From Methylophilaceae bacterium (lineage in GTDB: Bacteria; Pseudomonadota; Gammaproteobacteria; Burkholderiales; Methylophilaceae): a stretch of DNA of 43,975 nucleotides. This document shows positions 1 to 10,297 of the stretch, in pieces. Each line of letters starts with the position of its first letter. Within the stretch, counting starts at the first letter, position 1. The DNA is taken from the NCBI GenBank assembly GCA_034004425.1, contig JAVEWT010000001.1:1-43975 (forward strand), in the 5' to 3' direction. Position numbers and translations under genes: made by a program. The notes beneath the pieces are model-generated. The model was not told where the DNA came from, searched no databases, and saw only the letters and a program-made list of their open reading frames with translations.

Positions 1-1319
1 GTCGTCAGGCTGAAGACGCCGCCCAGACCCTCGACCCGTTCGCGCATGCCGGCCAGCCCGTAGCCGCCGAAACCATTGGGGTCGAATCCCTTGCCGTCGT
101 CCTCGATGTCGATCACCAGCTCATCCTTGTCCCGGCCGACCGTCAAGGTCATGCGTCGCGCGTTGGCGTGCCGCGTGATATTGGTCAGCGATTCCTGGAT
201 GATGCGATAAGCAGCCAGCGCGACTTCGTCGTCCATCTCGCCCAGGTCCTTGGCGATGCTGATGCAACTGGAGATGCCGGCGTTGCGCTCGCGCCAGCCG
301 TAAACGTACTCATCCAGCGCAATCGAAAGACCCAGTTCGTCCAGCACGCCGGGGCGCAAACGCTGCAGCATGTTGTGCACCATGTCCAGGATTTGCATGG
401 AGACATCGGCGATGGCATTCGCACTTCGCTTGGCAGCGCCGAGGTCCTTGCTGTTGGCGATCGCCATGGCGTCGACATTGATGGCGGTCATGCATTGACC
501 GATCTCGTCGTGCAACTCGCGCGCCAGACTCTTGCGCTCGTCCTCCTGCAGCCGGATGATCTTCTGCGTCAGCCGGTGATTGCTCTTGATGCTCTGCTGC
601 AGGGTCTGCGCCATCGCGTTGAACTTCATGCTGAGGCCGGCGAGTTCAGGCAACTCGAACTGGGGCAGACGGGCATCGAGATCGCCCTTCTCCAGCGCGC
701 TCAAGGCGTTCACCACGCTGCCGACCGGTTGCAAAGCCTTCTTCAATGCCCAGTAGACCATGGCGTTCACCGCGACGAAAAAGATCGCCACCAGCCAGAG
801 CAGGCCTTGTGTATCGTTCCAGATTTCTTCGATCTCGAACGAACTGTCCGGTGTGATCACCAGTTCACCGATTGCCCGGCCACTGACAAAAATGACGCGC
901 CTGACCTCGGCGCCCTCGCCGCCGGTGACATCCATCAATCGGACGAACCATGCAGGAGGCGGCGCTTTTTTCTCCTGCCAGTCCTCGCGATTGCTGTCGC
1001 GCAATCGACCGAACTGGTCATAGAACTCGATTTTAAGGTGGCGGATATCCGCCAGTGATTCCAGCCTGAAGATAGAGGCCTTGTTCGGATCTGCCCCATT
1101 GAGCCAGGCATAATCCGAGGTGTAATGCAGTATCTCGGCATCCAGCAGATGCGAGGCCAGCGATGCCGTCGACTGCACTTCGGCCCGTACGTCTTCCCGC
1201 GCGCTGTGAATCGATAATATTGCGCCCAGGCTAATCACGATGAGCAACAGCATGGTGATCATCAGATTCAGGCGGACCGTCAGACTCATATTCAGCGGCT
1301 TCTTCAAAAAGCTATTCAT
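1..1319 (-). CDS. Membrane sensor histidine kinase (two TM, HAMP, HisKA_3, HATPase_c), MoxY/MxcQ-like; 3' end lies outside the window
   Basis: Not in the ORF track because it runs off the edge; translated by hand: MNSFLKKPLNMSLTVRLNLMITMLLLIVISLGAIL...HAMP (LSALEKGDLDARLP)...H-box ERKSLARELHDEIGQ...N-box QESLTNITRHA...G-boxes IEDDGKGF and GYGLAGMRERV. Alternative ATG at 1289. Confidence 0.88.
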   Translation of the reverse strand, partial: MNSFLKKPLNMSLTVRLNLMITMLLLIVISLGAILSIHSAREDVRAEVQSTASLASHLLDAEILHYTSDYAWLNGADPNKASIFRLESLADIRHLKIEFYDQFGRLRDSNREDWQEKKAPPPAWFVRLMDVTGGEGAEVRRVIFVSGRAIGELVITPDSSFEIEEIWNDTQGLLWLVAIFFVAVNAMVYWALKKALQPVGSVVNALSALEKGDLDARLPQFELPELAGLSMKFNAMAQTLQQSIKSNHRLTQKIIRLQEDERKSLARELHDEIGQCMTAINVDAMAIANSKDLGAAKRSANAIADVSMQILDMVHNMLQRLRPGVLDELGLSIALDEYVYGWRERNAGISSCISIAKDLGEMDDEVALAAYRIIQESLTNITRHANARRMTLTVGRDKDELVIDIEDDGKGFDPNGFGGYGLAGMRERVEGLGGVFSLT

Positions 1320-1393
1320 TTTAGAGATTTCCACACAAACCAAAATGGGAGAAATTCCCGAGCGCAAGCATTCAAATCTTGCAGTCCATCACG

Positions 1394-1409
1394 CGCAAAA
1401 TTCATGCCC
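1394..1409 (-). promoter_or_regulatory. Candidate sigma-54 (-24/-12) promoter for the sensor kinase
   Basis: Minus strand reads GGGCATGAATTTTGCG, i.e. GG-N10-GC, close to TGGCACG-N4-TTGC. An IHF-like TAACAA-TGGT-TTG lies just upstream at 1425-1437. Confidence 0.45.
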
Positions 1410-1568
1410 TGACACATACGCATTCAAACCATTGTTATTCAATGAAATTGATGCGGGTTTAAGCACGGGCATGGCTACAGACAGCCGGAGCGGCTGCATA
1501 CAACCAAACACAGGAAAGAGACGGGGCTGCATGAGCATTAAACTCATCGCGCCCGCATGGCGTTGAAA

Positions 1569-2363
1569 CTAGACGGCGACAGGCGCCTTGATGGCGGGAT
1601 AGGGATCGTAATGTTCGAGGGTGAAATCTTCGAACCTGAAGCCGAAGATGTCGGTGACTTGCGGGTTGATGCGCATGACCGGCAGGCTGCGCGGCGTGCG
1701 CGACAACTGCTCGTTGACCTGATCCAGATGGTTCAGATAGATGTGGGCGTCGCCCAGCGTGTGGACGAAATCCCCAGGTTTCAGGCCGCAGACCTGCGCC
1801 ACCATCATGGTGAGCAAGGCATAGGAGGCGATGTTGAACGGCACGCCGAGAAAAATATCGGCGCTACGCTGATAGAGCTGGCAGCTCAATTTGCCATCAG
1901 CTACATAGAACTGGAAAAAAGCATGACAGGGCGGCAGCTTCATCTTGTCGACATCGGCGACGTTCCAGGCCGACACGATGAGGCGGCGGGAGTCTGGCGT
2001 CTTTTTGATGGATTCCACCACCTGGGCGATCTGGTCGATATGGCTGCCGTCCGGCTTGGGCCAGTTGCGCCATTGATAACCGTAGACCGGTCCAAGGTTG
2101 CCGTTCTCGTCGGCCCATTCGTCCCAGATGGTGACGCCGTTATCCTTCAGATACTGGATATTGGTGCTGCCCTGCAGGAACCACAACAGCTCGTGGATAA
2201 TGGACTTCAGGTGCACCTTCTTGGTCGTCAGCAGCGGAAAACCTTCGGCCAGATCGAAGCGCATCTGATAGCCGAACACCGAGAGAGTGCCGGTGCCGGT
2301 GCGGTCTTCCTTCCTGTGGCCGTGCACCAGCACGTGGCGCAACAAGTCATGATAGACCTTCAT
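1569..2363 (-). CDS. thyA: Thymidylate synthase
   Basis: 264 aa; [16 protein letters not shown], catalytic [19 protein letters not shown]. Confidence 0.98.
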   Translation of the reverse strand: MKVYHDLLRHVLVHGHRKEDRTGTGTLSVFGYQMRFDLAEGFPLLTTKKVHLKSIIHELLWFLQGSTNIQYLKDNGVTIWDEWADENGNLGPVYGYQWRNWPKPDGSHIDQIAQVVESIKKTPDSRRLIVSAWNVADVDKMKLPPCHAFFQFYVADGKLSCQLYQRSADIFLGVPFNIASYALLTMMVAQVCGLKPGDFVHTLGDAHIYLNHLDQVNEQLSRTPRSLPVMRINPQVTDIFGFRFEDFTLEHYDPYPAIKAPVAV

Positions 2364-2375
2364 GGCAGGCTCCTC

Positions 2376-3803
2376 TCAGCTGTGTTCGACGATGAACTGC
2401 TTGATGGCGTTAACGTCAGCATCCATGACGACGAAGCGCTGCGGCAAGTCCTCGAGACCGACCAGGTCAGCCGGGCGCTCCGGCTTCTGTCCCAAGGCTT
2501 CGACAATCGCGTCTTCGAACTTGGCCGGTAATGCAGTCTCCAGCACCACCATCGGAACATCAGGTTCGCGATATTCCAACGCGACCTTGAGGCCGTCTGC
2601 GGTATGCGTATCGATGGTGACGTCGTATTTTTCCCTGCTTGCCCGTATGGTCTGCATGCGGTTGGCGTGGTTGCTGCTACCGGAAACAAAGCCGTATTCC
2701 TTCACCTTGTCGAACAGGCCATCCTGTTTCAGATCGAAGGCGCCACCGGCGTCGACCTTGCTCCACAATTCGCGCACCTTGGCACTATCGCGGCCGACCA
2801 GATCGAACACAAAGCGTTCAAAATTGGAGGCCTTGCTGATGTCCATCGACGGACTGGAAGTGTGATAGGTGTTGGCCGAACCGCGCGGACGGTAGACGCC
2901 GGTACGGAAGAATTCGTCCAGCACGTCGTTCTCGTTGGTCGCCACCACCAGTTTGGCGATCGGCAGACCCATCATGCGGGCGATGTGGCCGGCGCAAACG
3001 TTACCGAAGTTACCGGAAGGCACAGCGAAACTGACCTTCTGGCTGTTATCCTGCGTAACGGCGAAATAGCCCTTGAAGTAGTAGACGACCTGTGCCGCGA
3101 CCCGCGCCCAGTTGATGGAATTGACGGCGCCGATCTTGTGCTGCTTCTTGAAGGCATGGTCGTTGGAAACCGCCTTGACGACGTCCTGCGCATCGTCGAA
3201 CACGCCCTTGATGGCGATGTTATGGATGTTCTCGTCCTGCAGACTGAACATCTGCGCGGTCTGGAAACGGCTCATCTTCTCGTGCGGCGACAGCATGAAG
3301 ACGCGGATACCCTTCTTGCCGCGCATCGCGTATTCGGCGGCGGAACCGGTATCGCCCGAGGTCGCACCGAGGATATTGGTTTCCTGCCCCAGCTTGTTCA
3401 GCACATATTCGAACAGATTGCCGAGCAACTGCATCGCCATGTCCTTGAAGGCCAGCGTCGGGCCATTGGACAGCGACAGCAGATAGAGGTCGTCTTCCAG
3501 CTTCAGCGTAGGCGTGATGTCCTCTGCGTTCTGACCGGCACGTGCATGGCAATAGACTTCCGGGCGGTAGGTCTTGTCGATGATCGCGCGCAGATCAGCG
3601 GCGGGAATATCGTCGACCAGGCGCGACAATATCGTATAGGCCAGGTCACGGTAATTCATGGCACGCATCGCCGTCAGGTCGGCATCGCTGAAATGCGGAT
3701 ATTGCTCCGGCATGTAGAGGCCACCGTCCGGCGCCAGACCGCCCAGCAGGATTTCGCTGAAACTGAGAGCGGGCGACTGCCCGCGGGTGCTGATGTATTT
3801 CAT
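2376..3803 (-). CDS. thrC: Threonine synthase
   Basis: MKYISTRG start; GPTLAFKD (PLP lysine), ATSGDTGSAA, VNSINWAR, VPSGNFGN. Confidence 0.97.
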   Translation of the reverse strand: MKYISTRGQSPALSFSEILLGGLAPDGGLYMPEQYPHFSDADLTAMRAMNYRDLAYTILSRLVDDIPAADLRAIIDKTYRPEVYCHARAGQNAEDITPTLKLEDDLYLLSLSNGPTLAFKDMAMQLLGNLFEYVLNKLGQETNILGATSGDTGSAAEYAMRGKKGIRVFMLSPHEKMSRFQTAQMFSLQDENIHNIAIKGVFDDAQDVVKAVSNDHAFKKQHKIGAVNSINWARVAAQVVYYFKGYFAVTQDNSQKVSFAVPSGNFGNVCAGHIARMMGLPIAKLVVATNENDVLDEFFRTGVYRPRGSANTYHTSSPSMDISKASNFERFVFDLVGRDSAKVRELWSKVDAGGAFDLKQDGLFDKVKEYGFVSGSSNHANRMQTIRASREKYDVTIDTHTADGLKVALEYREPDVPMVVLETALPAKFEDAIVEALGQKPERPADLVGLEDLPQRFVVMDADVNAIKQFIVEHS

Positions 3804-3804
3804 G

Positions 3805-5127
3805 TTACTTGCCCAACTCTTCCATGCGGATGCGCGTCACCTTGCCTACCGTCGCCGGTAGCGCCTCGATGGCGGCAATCGCCTGATTCATGTTCTTTTC
3901 GACCGTGACATGCGTCAGGATGATGATGTCGGCTTCGGTTTCGTTCTCCGCCGGCTCCTTCTGCATCATGGCGTCGATCGAGATGTCACGGTCGCCGAGA
4001 ATGCGCGTGACTTCCGCCAGCACGCCCGGCTTGTCCGAGGCACGCATGCGCAGATAATAGGCACTACTGACCTCCCCGATCGGCAGGATAGGCAGATCGG
4101 CAAGCTGATCTGGCTGGAATGCCAGATACGGCACGCGCTGCTCGACCGAAGCATCTGCCAGGCGGGCGACATCGACCAGATCGGCGATCACGGCGCTGGC
4201 GGTCGGCTCGGCGCCGGCGCCGGCGCCATAATAAAGTGTCGGTCCGACTGCATCGCCCTTGACCACGACGGCGTTCATGGCGCCGTTGACATTGGCGACC
4301 AGACGCTTCTCCGGGATCAGGGTCGGATGCACGCGCAACTCGACCCCCTGCTCGTTGCGCTTGGTGATGCCAAGCAGCTTGACGCGATAACCCAGTTCCT
4401 CGGCATAGCGGATATCCTTGCTTTCCAGCCTGGTGATACCTTCGGTGTAAACCTTGTCGAACTGCATGGGGATACCGAAACCGATGGCCGACAGGATCAT
4501 CAGTTTGTGGGCGGCATCGATGCCTTCGACGTCGAAGGTCGGATCCGCTTCGGCATAACCGAGCCGCTGCGCCTCGCCCAGCACATCGGCGAAGGCCAGG
4601 CCTTTTTCGCGCATCTCGGTCAGGATGAAATTGGTCGTGCCGTTGATGATACCGGCGATCCACTCGATATGGTTGGCCGAGAGGCCTTCGCGCAGCGCCT
4701 TGATGATGGGGATGCCGCCGGCCACCGCCGCCTCGAAGGCGACAATGACGCCGCGCTTCTGTGCGGCAGCGAAGATCTCGTTGCCATGCAAGGCGATCAG
4801 CGCCTTGTTGGCGGTTACCACATGTTTGCCGCTCTCAATGGCTTTCAGCACCAGGTCCTTGGCGATCGTATAGCCGCCGATCAATTCGACGACGACGTCG
4901 ATGGACGGATCGTTGACGACGGCAAAGGCGTCATCCGTCACTTCGCACGCCCCGGCGGTCACCTGACGTGCCAGTTCGAGGTTGCGGTCGGCCACCTTGA
5001 CGATACGGATGCTGCGCCCGGCACGACGGCTGATCTCAGCCTGATTGCGCTTCAATACCGTGAACGTACCGCCACCGACGGTACCGATGCCTAGCAGACC
5101 TACATTGATGGGTTTCATAGTTTCCAA
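3805..5127 (-). CDS. hom: Homoserine dehydrogenase with C-terminal ACT domain
   Basis: GIGTVG Rossmann motif, VVTANKA, EAAVAGGIP, GIINGTTNFIL, GYAEADPTFDVEG. The start may be 5118 (MKPINV). Confidence 0.97.
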   Translation of the reverse strand: METMKPINVGLLGIGTVGGGTFTVLKRNQAEISRRAGRSIRIVKVADRNLELARQVTAGACEVTDDAFAVVNDPSIDVVVELIGGYTIAKDLVLKAIESGKHVVTANKALIALHGNEIFAAAQKRGVIVAFEAAVAGGIPIIKALREGLSANHIEWIAGIINGTTNFILTEMREKGLAFADVLGEAQRLGYAEADPTFDVEGIDAAHKLMILSAIGFGIPMQFDKVYTEGITRLESKDIRYAEELGYRVKLLGITKRNEQGVELRVHPTLIPEKRLVANVNGAMNAVVVKGDAVGPTLYYGAGAGAEPTASAVIADLVDVARLADASVEQRVPYLAFQPDQLADLPILPIGEVSSAYYLRMRASDKPGVLAEVTRILGDRDISIDAMMQKEPAENETEADIIILTHVTVEKNMNQAIAAIEALPATVGKVTRIRMEELGK

Positions 5128-5213
5128 ACTTCTCTTTCAGCCATTCAAGTTCACAACAGGGGAAAGGGTCGACCCGACCCAACGGGCGTGCGCCTTATCC
5201 TCCGCCGCTGGTT

Positions 5214-6440
5214 TTATTTGCCATGACGCTTGCGATAATTCTCGAGGAATCTCGCGATGCGGCCGATGGCTTCGGTCAAATCATCCACATTGGGCAGGAA
5301 CACCACGCGGAAGTGATCCGGCTTGTGCCAGTTGAAGCCGCTGCCCTGAACCAGCAGGACTTTCTCCTCCAGCAACAGGTCGAGGATGAACTGCTGATCG
5401 TCCTCGATCGGATACATCTCCGGATCCAGTCTGGGAAACAGGTACATGGCGGCCGCCGGTTTCACGCAGGTGACGCCCGGAATATCGGTCAGCAGCTTGT
5501 AGGCCAGGTCGCGCTGCTTGCACAGGCGGCCGCTCGGCGCTACCAGATCGTTGATGCTCTGATAGCCGCCCAGCGCCGTCTGGATCGCCAGCTGTCCCGG
5601 CACGTTGGCGCACAGGCGCATGGAAGCCAGCATGTTGAGGCCTTCGATGTAATCGGTCGCATGCTTCTTCTCACCGGAGACCACCAGCCAGCCGGCGCGG
5701 TATCCGCAGGTGCGGTAGTTCTTCGAAAGGCCGTTGAAGGTGACGAACAGCACATCGTCCGCCAGCGAGGCGATCGATGTGTGGGTATTGCCGTCGTACA
5801 AGACCTTGTCGTAGATCTCATCGGCGAAAATGACCAGTTTGTGGTGGCGGGCGATCTCGATGATGCCCTCCAGCACCTCTTTCGGATACAGCGCCCCGGT
5901 CGGATTGTTTGGATTGATGATGACGATGCCCCGGGTGTTGGCCGTGATCTTGGCCTCGATATCCTGCAGATCGGGCAGCCAGCCGCTCGCCTCGTCGCAC
6001 ATGTAATGCCGCGGCGTACCGCCGGCCAGCGTCACGGCAGCGGTCCACAGGGGATAGTCCGGCATCGGCACCAGCACCTGGTCGCCGTTGTTGAGCAGAG
6101 CCTGCATCGCCATCACGATCAGCTCGGAAACGCCGTTGCCGATGATGATGTCATCGATTGTCACGTCCGCGATGTGCTTCTGCTGCGTGTAATGCATGAT
6201 AGCCTTGCGCGCAGCGAACAGGCCCTTGGAGTCGGTGTAGCCGGACGCCTGATCCATATTGCGGATGACGTCCTGCAATATCTCTTCCGGCGCCTCGAAG
6301 CCGAACGGTGCCGGGTTGCCGATGTTGAGCTTGATGATGCGGTGACCCTCTTCCTCCATCTGCCGCGCGCGCTCCAACACCGGGCCACGGATGTCGTAGC
6401 ACACGTTGTTGAGTTTGGTCGATTTCAGTATGGGGTCCAT
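5214..6440 (-). CDS. alaA: PLP-dependent aminotransferase, AlaA/YfbQ type
   Basis: YDIRGPV, LNIGNPA, INPNNPTG, DEIYD, GLSKNYR; typical position upstream of hom. Confidence 0.9.
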   Translation of the reverse strand: MDPILKSTKLNNVCYDIRGPVLERARQMEEEGHRIIKLNIGNPAPFGFEAPEEILQDVIRNMDQASGYTDSKGLFAARKAIMHYTQQKHIADVTIDDIIIGNGVSELIVMAMQALLNNGDQVLVPMPDYPLWTAAVTLAGGTPRHYMCDEASGWLPDLQDIEAKITANTRGIVIINPNNPTGALYPKEVLEGIIEIARHHKLVIFADEIYDKVLYDGNTHTSIASLADDVLFVTFNGLSKNYRTCGYRAGWLVVSGEKKHATDYIEGLNMLASMRLCANVPGQLAIQTALGGYQSINDLVAPSGRLCKQRDLAYKLLTDIPGVTCVKPAAAMYLFPRLDPEMYPIEDDQQFILDLLLEEKVLLVQGSGFNWHKPDHFRVVFLPNVDDLTEAIGRIARFLENYRKRHGK

Positions 6441-6580
6441 GATGGTCGCTAACGGCGGAATCCGCCCTGCAAAAAGTGTGTTATCTTACATTGTCACGGG
6501 CATGCCAGCAATGAAAGCGGGCAAGCAAGCCCTTTTCTTCAAACCGATATCCTCCAAGCACAAAGCAAGCTCAATCCGTT

Positions 6581-6967
6581 ATGAAATTGCACCTGACACA
6601 AGCCGCCGGCAACCAGCTGATTACCGGCTATGACACCGGCTGGGTGGAAATCAACGCGGTACGCCATACACAATCGCTGATTGTTCTGCCGGACCAACTG
6701 ATCGAAAACTGGGTGGCGGGCGATTTCGACAGTCTGGTTGAACCGGATTTCGCACTACTGCTGGAACTGAAACCTGAGGTGATCCTGCTTGGGACCGGGC
6801 AACGGCACCGCTTCATCCATCCGCGCATCACGCGTAACTTGACCAGTGCCGGCATCAGCATCGAGTGCATGGATACCGCCGCAGCCTGCCGCACTTACAA
6901 CATACTGATGGCAGAAGGCCGCCATGCTGCAGCGGCGTTATTGATCGACGCTCAGCGAATCAAATAA
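6581..6967 (+). CDS. Mth938-like / DUF498 (NDUFAF3-like) protein
   Basis: PEVILLGTG and ECMDTAAACRTYNILMAEGR signature. Confidence 0.9.
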   Translation: MKLHLTQAAGNQLITGYDTGWVEINAVRHTQSLIVLPDQLIENWVAGDFDSLVEPDFALLLELKPEVILLGTGQRHRFIHPRITRNLTSAGISIECMDTAAACRTYNILMAEGRHAAAALLIDAQRIK

Positions 6968-6983
6968 AGTCCATCGCATGGAA

Positions 6984-8348
6984 TCAGCCTGACTGCATAT
7001 CCCGCTGCATCAAATTGCCAAACTCCTGTATCGGTACCGGCGCACTGAAAAAATATCCCTGAAAAACCATGCAGCCATTCTCGATCAAACACTGCAACTG
7101 CCTTTCGTTTTCAACGCCTTCCGCAATGACCTCAAACCCAAGCTCTGCGCCTAAAACAATGATGGTACGGGCGATTGCCTGATCTTGCAGATTATCGAGA
7201 ATATCCCGAACAAAGGTCTGGTCGATCTTGAGCTGACTCAAAGGCAGACGCCGGAGATAATTAAGCGATGAATAACCAGTGCCGAAATCGTCCAGCACCA
7301 GACCGACGCCCGCTGCTTTCAGCAAATTCATTTTCTCGATGACATCCTCCATGTCATCAATCAGAATGCTTTCCGTCAATTCAAGCTTCAATCTGGAAGG
7401 ATTGATGCCCGTGCGTTTAATGATCGACAGCACCTGAGGCACAAAATGCGTTTCATGAAACTGCTGCGCGCTGACATTCACCGACAGCACCAGATTCGCC
7501 GTTGCGGGACGGGCAGCCCATAGCTCCAATTGATGGCAGGCAGCATTCAACACCCAGTGACCGATGGGCACAATCAGCCCATTCTGCTCGATAGCCGGAA
7601 TGATGTCGCCAGGCATTTGCAGGCCAAGGACAGGATGCTGCCAACGCAACAGTGCTTCCGCACCCAGTATTTTCCCCCGGCTATCCACCTGCGGCTGAAA
7701 ATACAGCACAAACTGGTGATCCCATAATGCGATGCTGAGCTCCCTGCCTATTCTGGTGCGCAAGGCGAAATCGGCCTGCATGACGTACAGAACCAGGCAA
7801 AGCATCGCCGTCGCCAGCGCCACGTTAACCCAGGCGCCGACCAGCCGGATGTTGTCGCCCAACATCGTCAGGTCATCAGCGCCGGGCAAGGGCAATGCGA
7901 TGTTGCTGCTCGAGAAGATGACGAAAGCAGCAAGATAAGAGCCGATTACGCCATATCGCAACCACTTGTGCTCGTTTTGCAGGATCAGGTAGGCGAGAAA
8001 GGCGATTGCAAGAAAATATAAATGCACGACGCGAGGCGTGTTATCGCTGGGCACGTCAAGGAACAGGCTCAGCACCATCAGCACACAGAAAAGACCCGGA
8101 AAAAGCAGCACGGTCGCCAGTCTCGTGCGACCACGACTGAGTAGAAGATAGGTGATGAGTCCGATTGCTGCCAGCACGGCATCCAGCCAAAAGACGAACC
8201 ATTGCTGCAGAATCGCGAACAGCACCATCCAGCCGAGCCCTGTCAGCATGCAGACCGCAGCCACCATGCGCATAGCGACCACTACACGATGCGCCTGTAT
8301 TTCATCCGGCAAGGCAGGCAACATGGGAGGACGTCTCAGCATCTGCAC
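6984..8348 (-). CDS. Membrane-anchored EAL-domain c-di-GMP phosphodiesterase (about 6 TM, no GGDEF)
   Basis: Hydrophobic N-terminal half, then FQPQV, EALLRW, VNVS, LELTE, DDFGTGYSSL, LKID, AEGVE and QGYFF. GGAGG RBS at 8350-8354 favours ATG 8342. Confidence 0.92.
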   Translation of the reverse strand: MQMLRRPPMLPALPDEIQAHRVVVAMRMVAAVCMLTGLGWMVLFAILQQWFVFWLDAVLAAIGLITYLLLSRGRTRLATVLLFPGLFCVLMVLSLFLDVPSDNTPRVVHLYFLAIAFLAYLILQNEHKWLRYGVIGSYLAAFVIFSSSNIALPLPGADDLTMLGDNIRLVGAWVNVALATAMLCLVLYVMQADFALRTRIGRELSIALWDHQFVLYFQPQVDSRGKILGAEALLRWQHPVLGLQMPGDIIPAIEQNGLIVPIGHWVLNAACHQLELWAARPATANLVLSVNVSAQQFHETHFVPQVLSIIKRTGINPSRLKLELTESILIDDMEDVIEKMNLLKAAGVGLVLDDFGTGYSSLNYLRRLPLSQLKIDQTFVRDILDNLQDQAIARTIIVLGAELGFEVIAEGVENERQLQCLIENGCMVFQGYFFSAPVPIQEFGNLMQRDMQSG

Positions 8349-8397
8349 ACCTCCATACTCCGGCCGGCAGTCATGGTGCGCTGCCGGCCTTTATCGG

Positions 8398-9618
8398 TCA
8401 CACCCCCCTGCGCGAGAACGTCAGACTGGCATTGGTGCCGCCGAAGCCGAAACTATTGGAAAGCGCGGTCTGGATGTTGGCGTTATCGATACGGCTGCGC
8501 ACGATGTTAAGGCCTTCAGCAGCTGGATCGAGGGTTTCAATATTGGCCGAAGCCGCGATGAAATTGTTCTCCATCATCAGCAGGGTGTAGATTGCCTCGT
8601 TCACACCCGCTGCACCGAGCGCATGGCCGGAGAGGGATTTGGTAGAGGCAATCGCCGGGTTCTGGCCGGAAAACACCTCGCGAATGGCTTCCAGTTCCTT
8701 GACGTCGCCGACCGGAGTGCTGGTGCCGTGGGTGTTGATGTAATCGACCGGCTCCTCGACGCCCTGCAACGCGAGACGCATGCAGCGGGCCGCGCCCTCG
8801 CCGCTCGGGGCCACCATATCGTAGCCGTCGGAAGTCGCGCCGTAGCCGATCACTTCGGCGTAGATCCTGGCGCCGCGTGCCTTGGCGTGCTCGTACTCCT
8901 CCAGCACGACGATACCGCCGCCGCCGGAAATGACGAAGCCGTCGCGGTTGGCGTCATAGGTGCGCGAGGCTTTCTCCGGCGTGTCGTTGTATTTGCTGGA
9001 CAGCGCGCCCATGGCGTCGAACATGAAGGACAGGGTCCAGTGCTCCTCCTCGCCGCCGCCGGCGAAGATGATGTCCTGCTTGCCGAGCTGGATCTGCTCG
9101 ACACCGGCGCCGATACAGTGAGCGCTGGTGGCACAGGCCGAGCTGATGGCGTAGTTGATGCCCTTGATCTGCGCGCCGGTGGCGAGGCAGGCCGAAACGC
9201 CGCTGGCCATGGCCTTGGTCACCATGTAGGGTCCGACGCGGCGCACGCCCTTCTCGCGCAGCGTGTCGATGCCCTCGAGTATGCTCTCGTGCGAGGCGCC
9301 GCCCTGACCGACGATAAGGCCGGTACGCACGCTGGAAACCAGTTCCGGCGGCAGACCGGCGTCCTGAATCGCTTCCTGCATGGCCAGCCAGGCGTAGGCA
9401 TGGCCCTTGGCCATGAAACGCATCAGCTTGCGGTCGATCAGTTCTTCCAGCTGCAGGTTCTTGATCGAGCCGGCGACATGCGAGCGCAGGCCTTTTTCCG
9501 CATACTCCGGCTGATAGGTGATGCCCGAGCGCCCTTCGCGCAGACTGTCCACCACCTCGGATTTGTTGTTGCCGAGACTGGAGACAATCCCCATCCCGGT
9601 GACTACGACACGACGCAT
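8398..9618 (-). CDS. fabB: Beta-ketoacyl-ACP synthase I
   Basis: Start re-assigned to [10 protein letters not shown] (ATG 9618, GGGAGA RBS); [32 protein letters not shown]. Confidence 0.96.
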   Translation of the reverse strand: MRRVVVTGMGIVSSLGNNKSEVVDSLREGRSGITYQPEYAEKGLRSHVAGSIKNLQLEELIDRKLMRFMAKGHAYAWLAMQEAIQDAGLPPELVSSVRTGLIVGQGGASHESILEGIDTLREKGVRRVGPYMVTKAMASGVSACLATGAQIKGINYAISSACATSAHCIGAGVEQIQLGKQDIIFAGGGEEEHWTLSFMFDAMGALSSKYNDTPEKASRTYDANRDGFVISGGGGIVVLEEYEHAKARGARIYAEVIGYGATSDGYDMVAPSGEGAARCMRLALQGVEEPVDYINTHGTSTPVGDVKELEAIREVFSGQNPAIASTKSLSGHALGAAGVNEAIYTLLMMENNFIAASANIETLDPAAEGLNIVRSRIDNANIQTALSNSFGFGGTNASLTFSRRGV

Positions 9619-9667
9619 CGTGATTCTCCCAATAGCGTTATCCGCATATCCAATTTTATTATCTGGA

Positions 9668-10183
9668 TCAGAAATTGTCGGTCCGTGTGAATAGGCCGAC
9701 GCGCAAATCGGTCGCCGCATAGATCTCGCGACCGTCCAGTTCCATGGTGGCATCGGCGATGCCCATCACCAGCTTACGCATGATGACCCGCTTGAGGTCG
9801 ATCCGGTAGGTCACCAGCTTGCCGGTCGGCAGCACCTGGCCGGTGAACTTCACCTCGCCGGCACCCAACGCACGGCCGCGTCCGGGGCCGCCCATCCAGC
9901 CCAGATAAAAGCCGACCAGTTGCCACATGGCATCCAGCCCGAGACATCCCGGCATCACCGGATCGTTTTCAAAGTGGCATTTGAAGAACCACATATCCGG
10001 GTCGATATCGAGCTCGGCGACGATCTGGCCGTTGCCGTATTTGCCGCCATCCTCTGTGATCGAGACGATGCGACTGATCATCAACATCGGCGGCAGCGGC
10101 AGCTGGGCATTGCCGGGCCCGAACATTTCGCCGCGACCGCAGGCGAGCAACTCCTCGTAGGTGTAACTGTGTTGTTTTGACAT
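9668..10183 (-). CDS. fabA: 3-hydroxydecanoyl-ACP dehydratase/isomerase
   Basis: [14 protein letters not shown] and [20 protein letters not shown] (the His/Asp dyad of FabA). Confidence 0.97.
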   Translation of the reverse strand: MSKQHSYTYEELLACGRGEMFGPGNAQLPLPPMLMISRIVSITEDGGKYGNGQIVAELDIDPDMWFFKCHFENDPVMPGCLGLDAMWQLVGFYLGWMGGPGRGRALGAGEVKFTGQVLPTGKLVTYRIDLKRVIMRKLVMGIADATMELDGREIYAATDLRVGLFTRTDNF

Positions 10184-10273
10184 CAGGGACTTTTTCTTTT
10201 GAATAGGATTATTCCGCTATTTTCGCCGGAAATGCCTCTGAGCGAAAGCCCTCGCTATTTTGTAGCGGCCTCA

Positions 10274-10297
10274 GGGGTATACAGATCTGTTTACACC
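10274..10297. promoter_or_regulatory. Near-perfect palindrome, candidate operator in the fabA/mxaR divergent region
   Basis: GG-g-GTATACAGA|TCTGTTTAC-a-CC; 8 of 9 inner pairs match plus an outer GG/CC. Confidence 0.45.

Noticed and set aside
1482-1496. CAGCCG-GAG-CGGCTG hairpin as a thyA terminator
   Set aside because: Short stem, 3-nt loop and no U-tract; support is insufficient.
8152-9690. Long opposite-strand ORFs (e.g. 168..1058, 8152..9690, 20177..21778, 34624..36123, 38351..39661)
   Set aside because: Antisense shadows of well-identified genes, expected in GC-rich DNA; they show no protein motifs.
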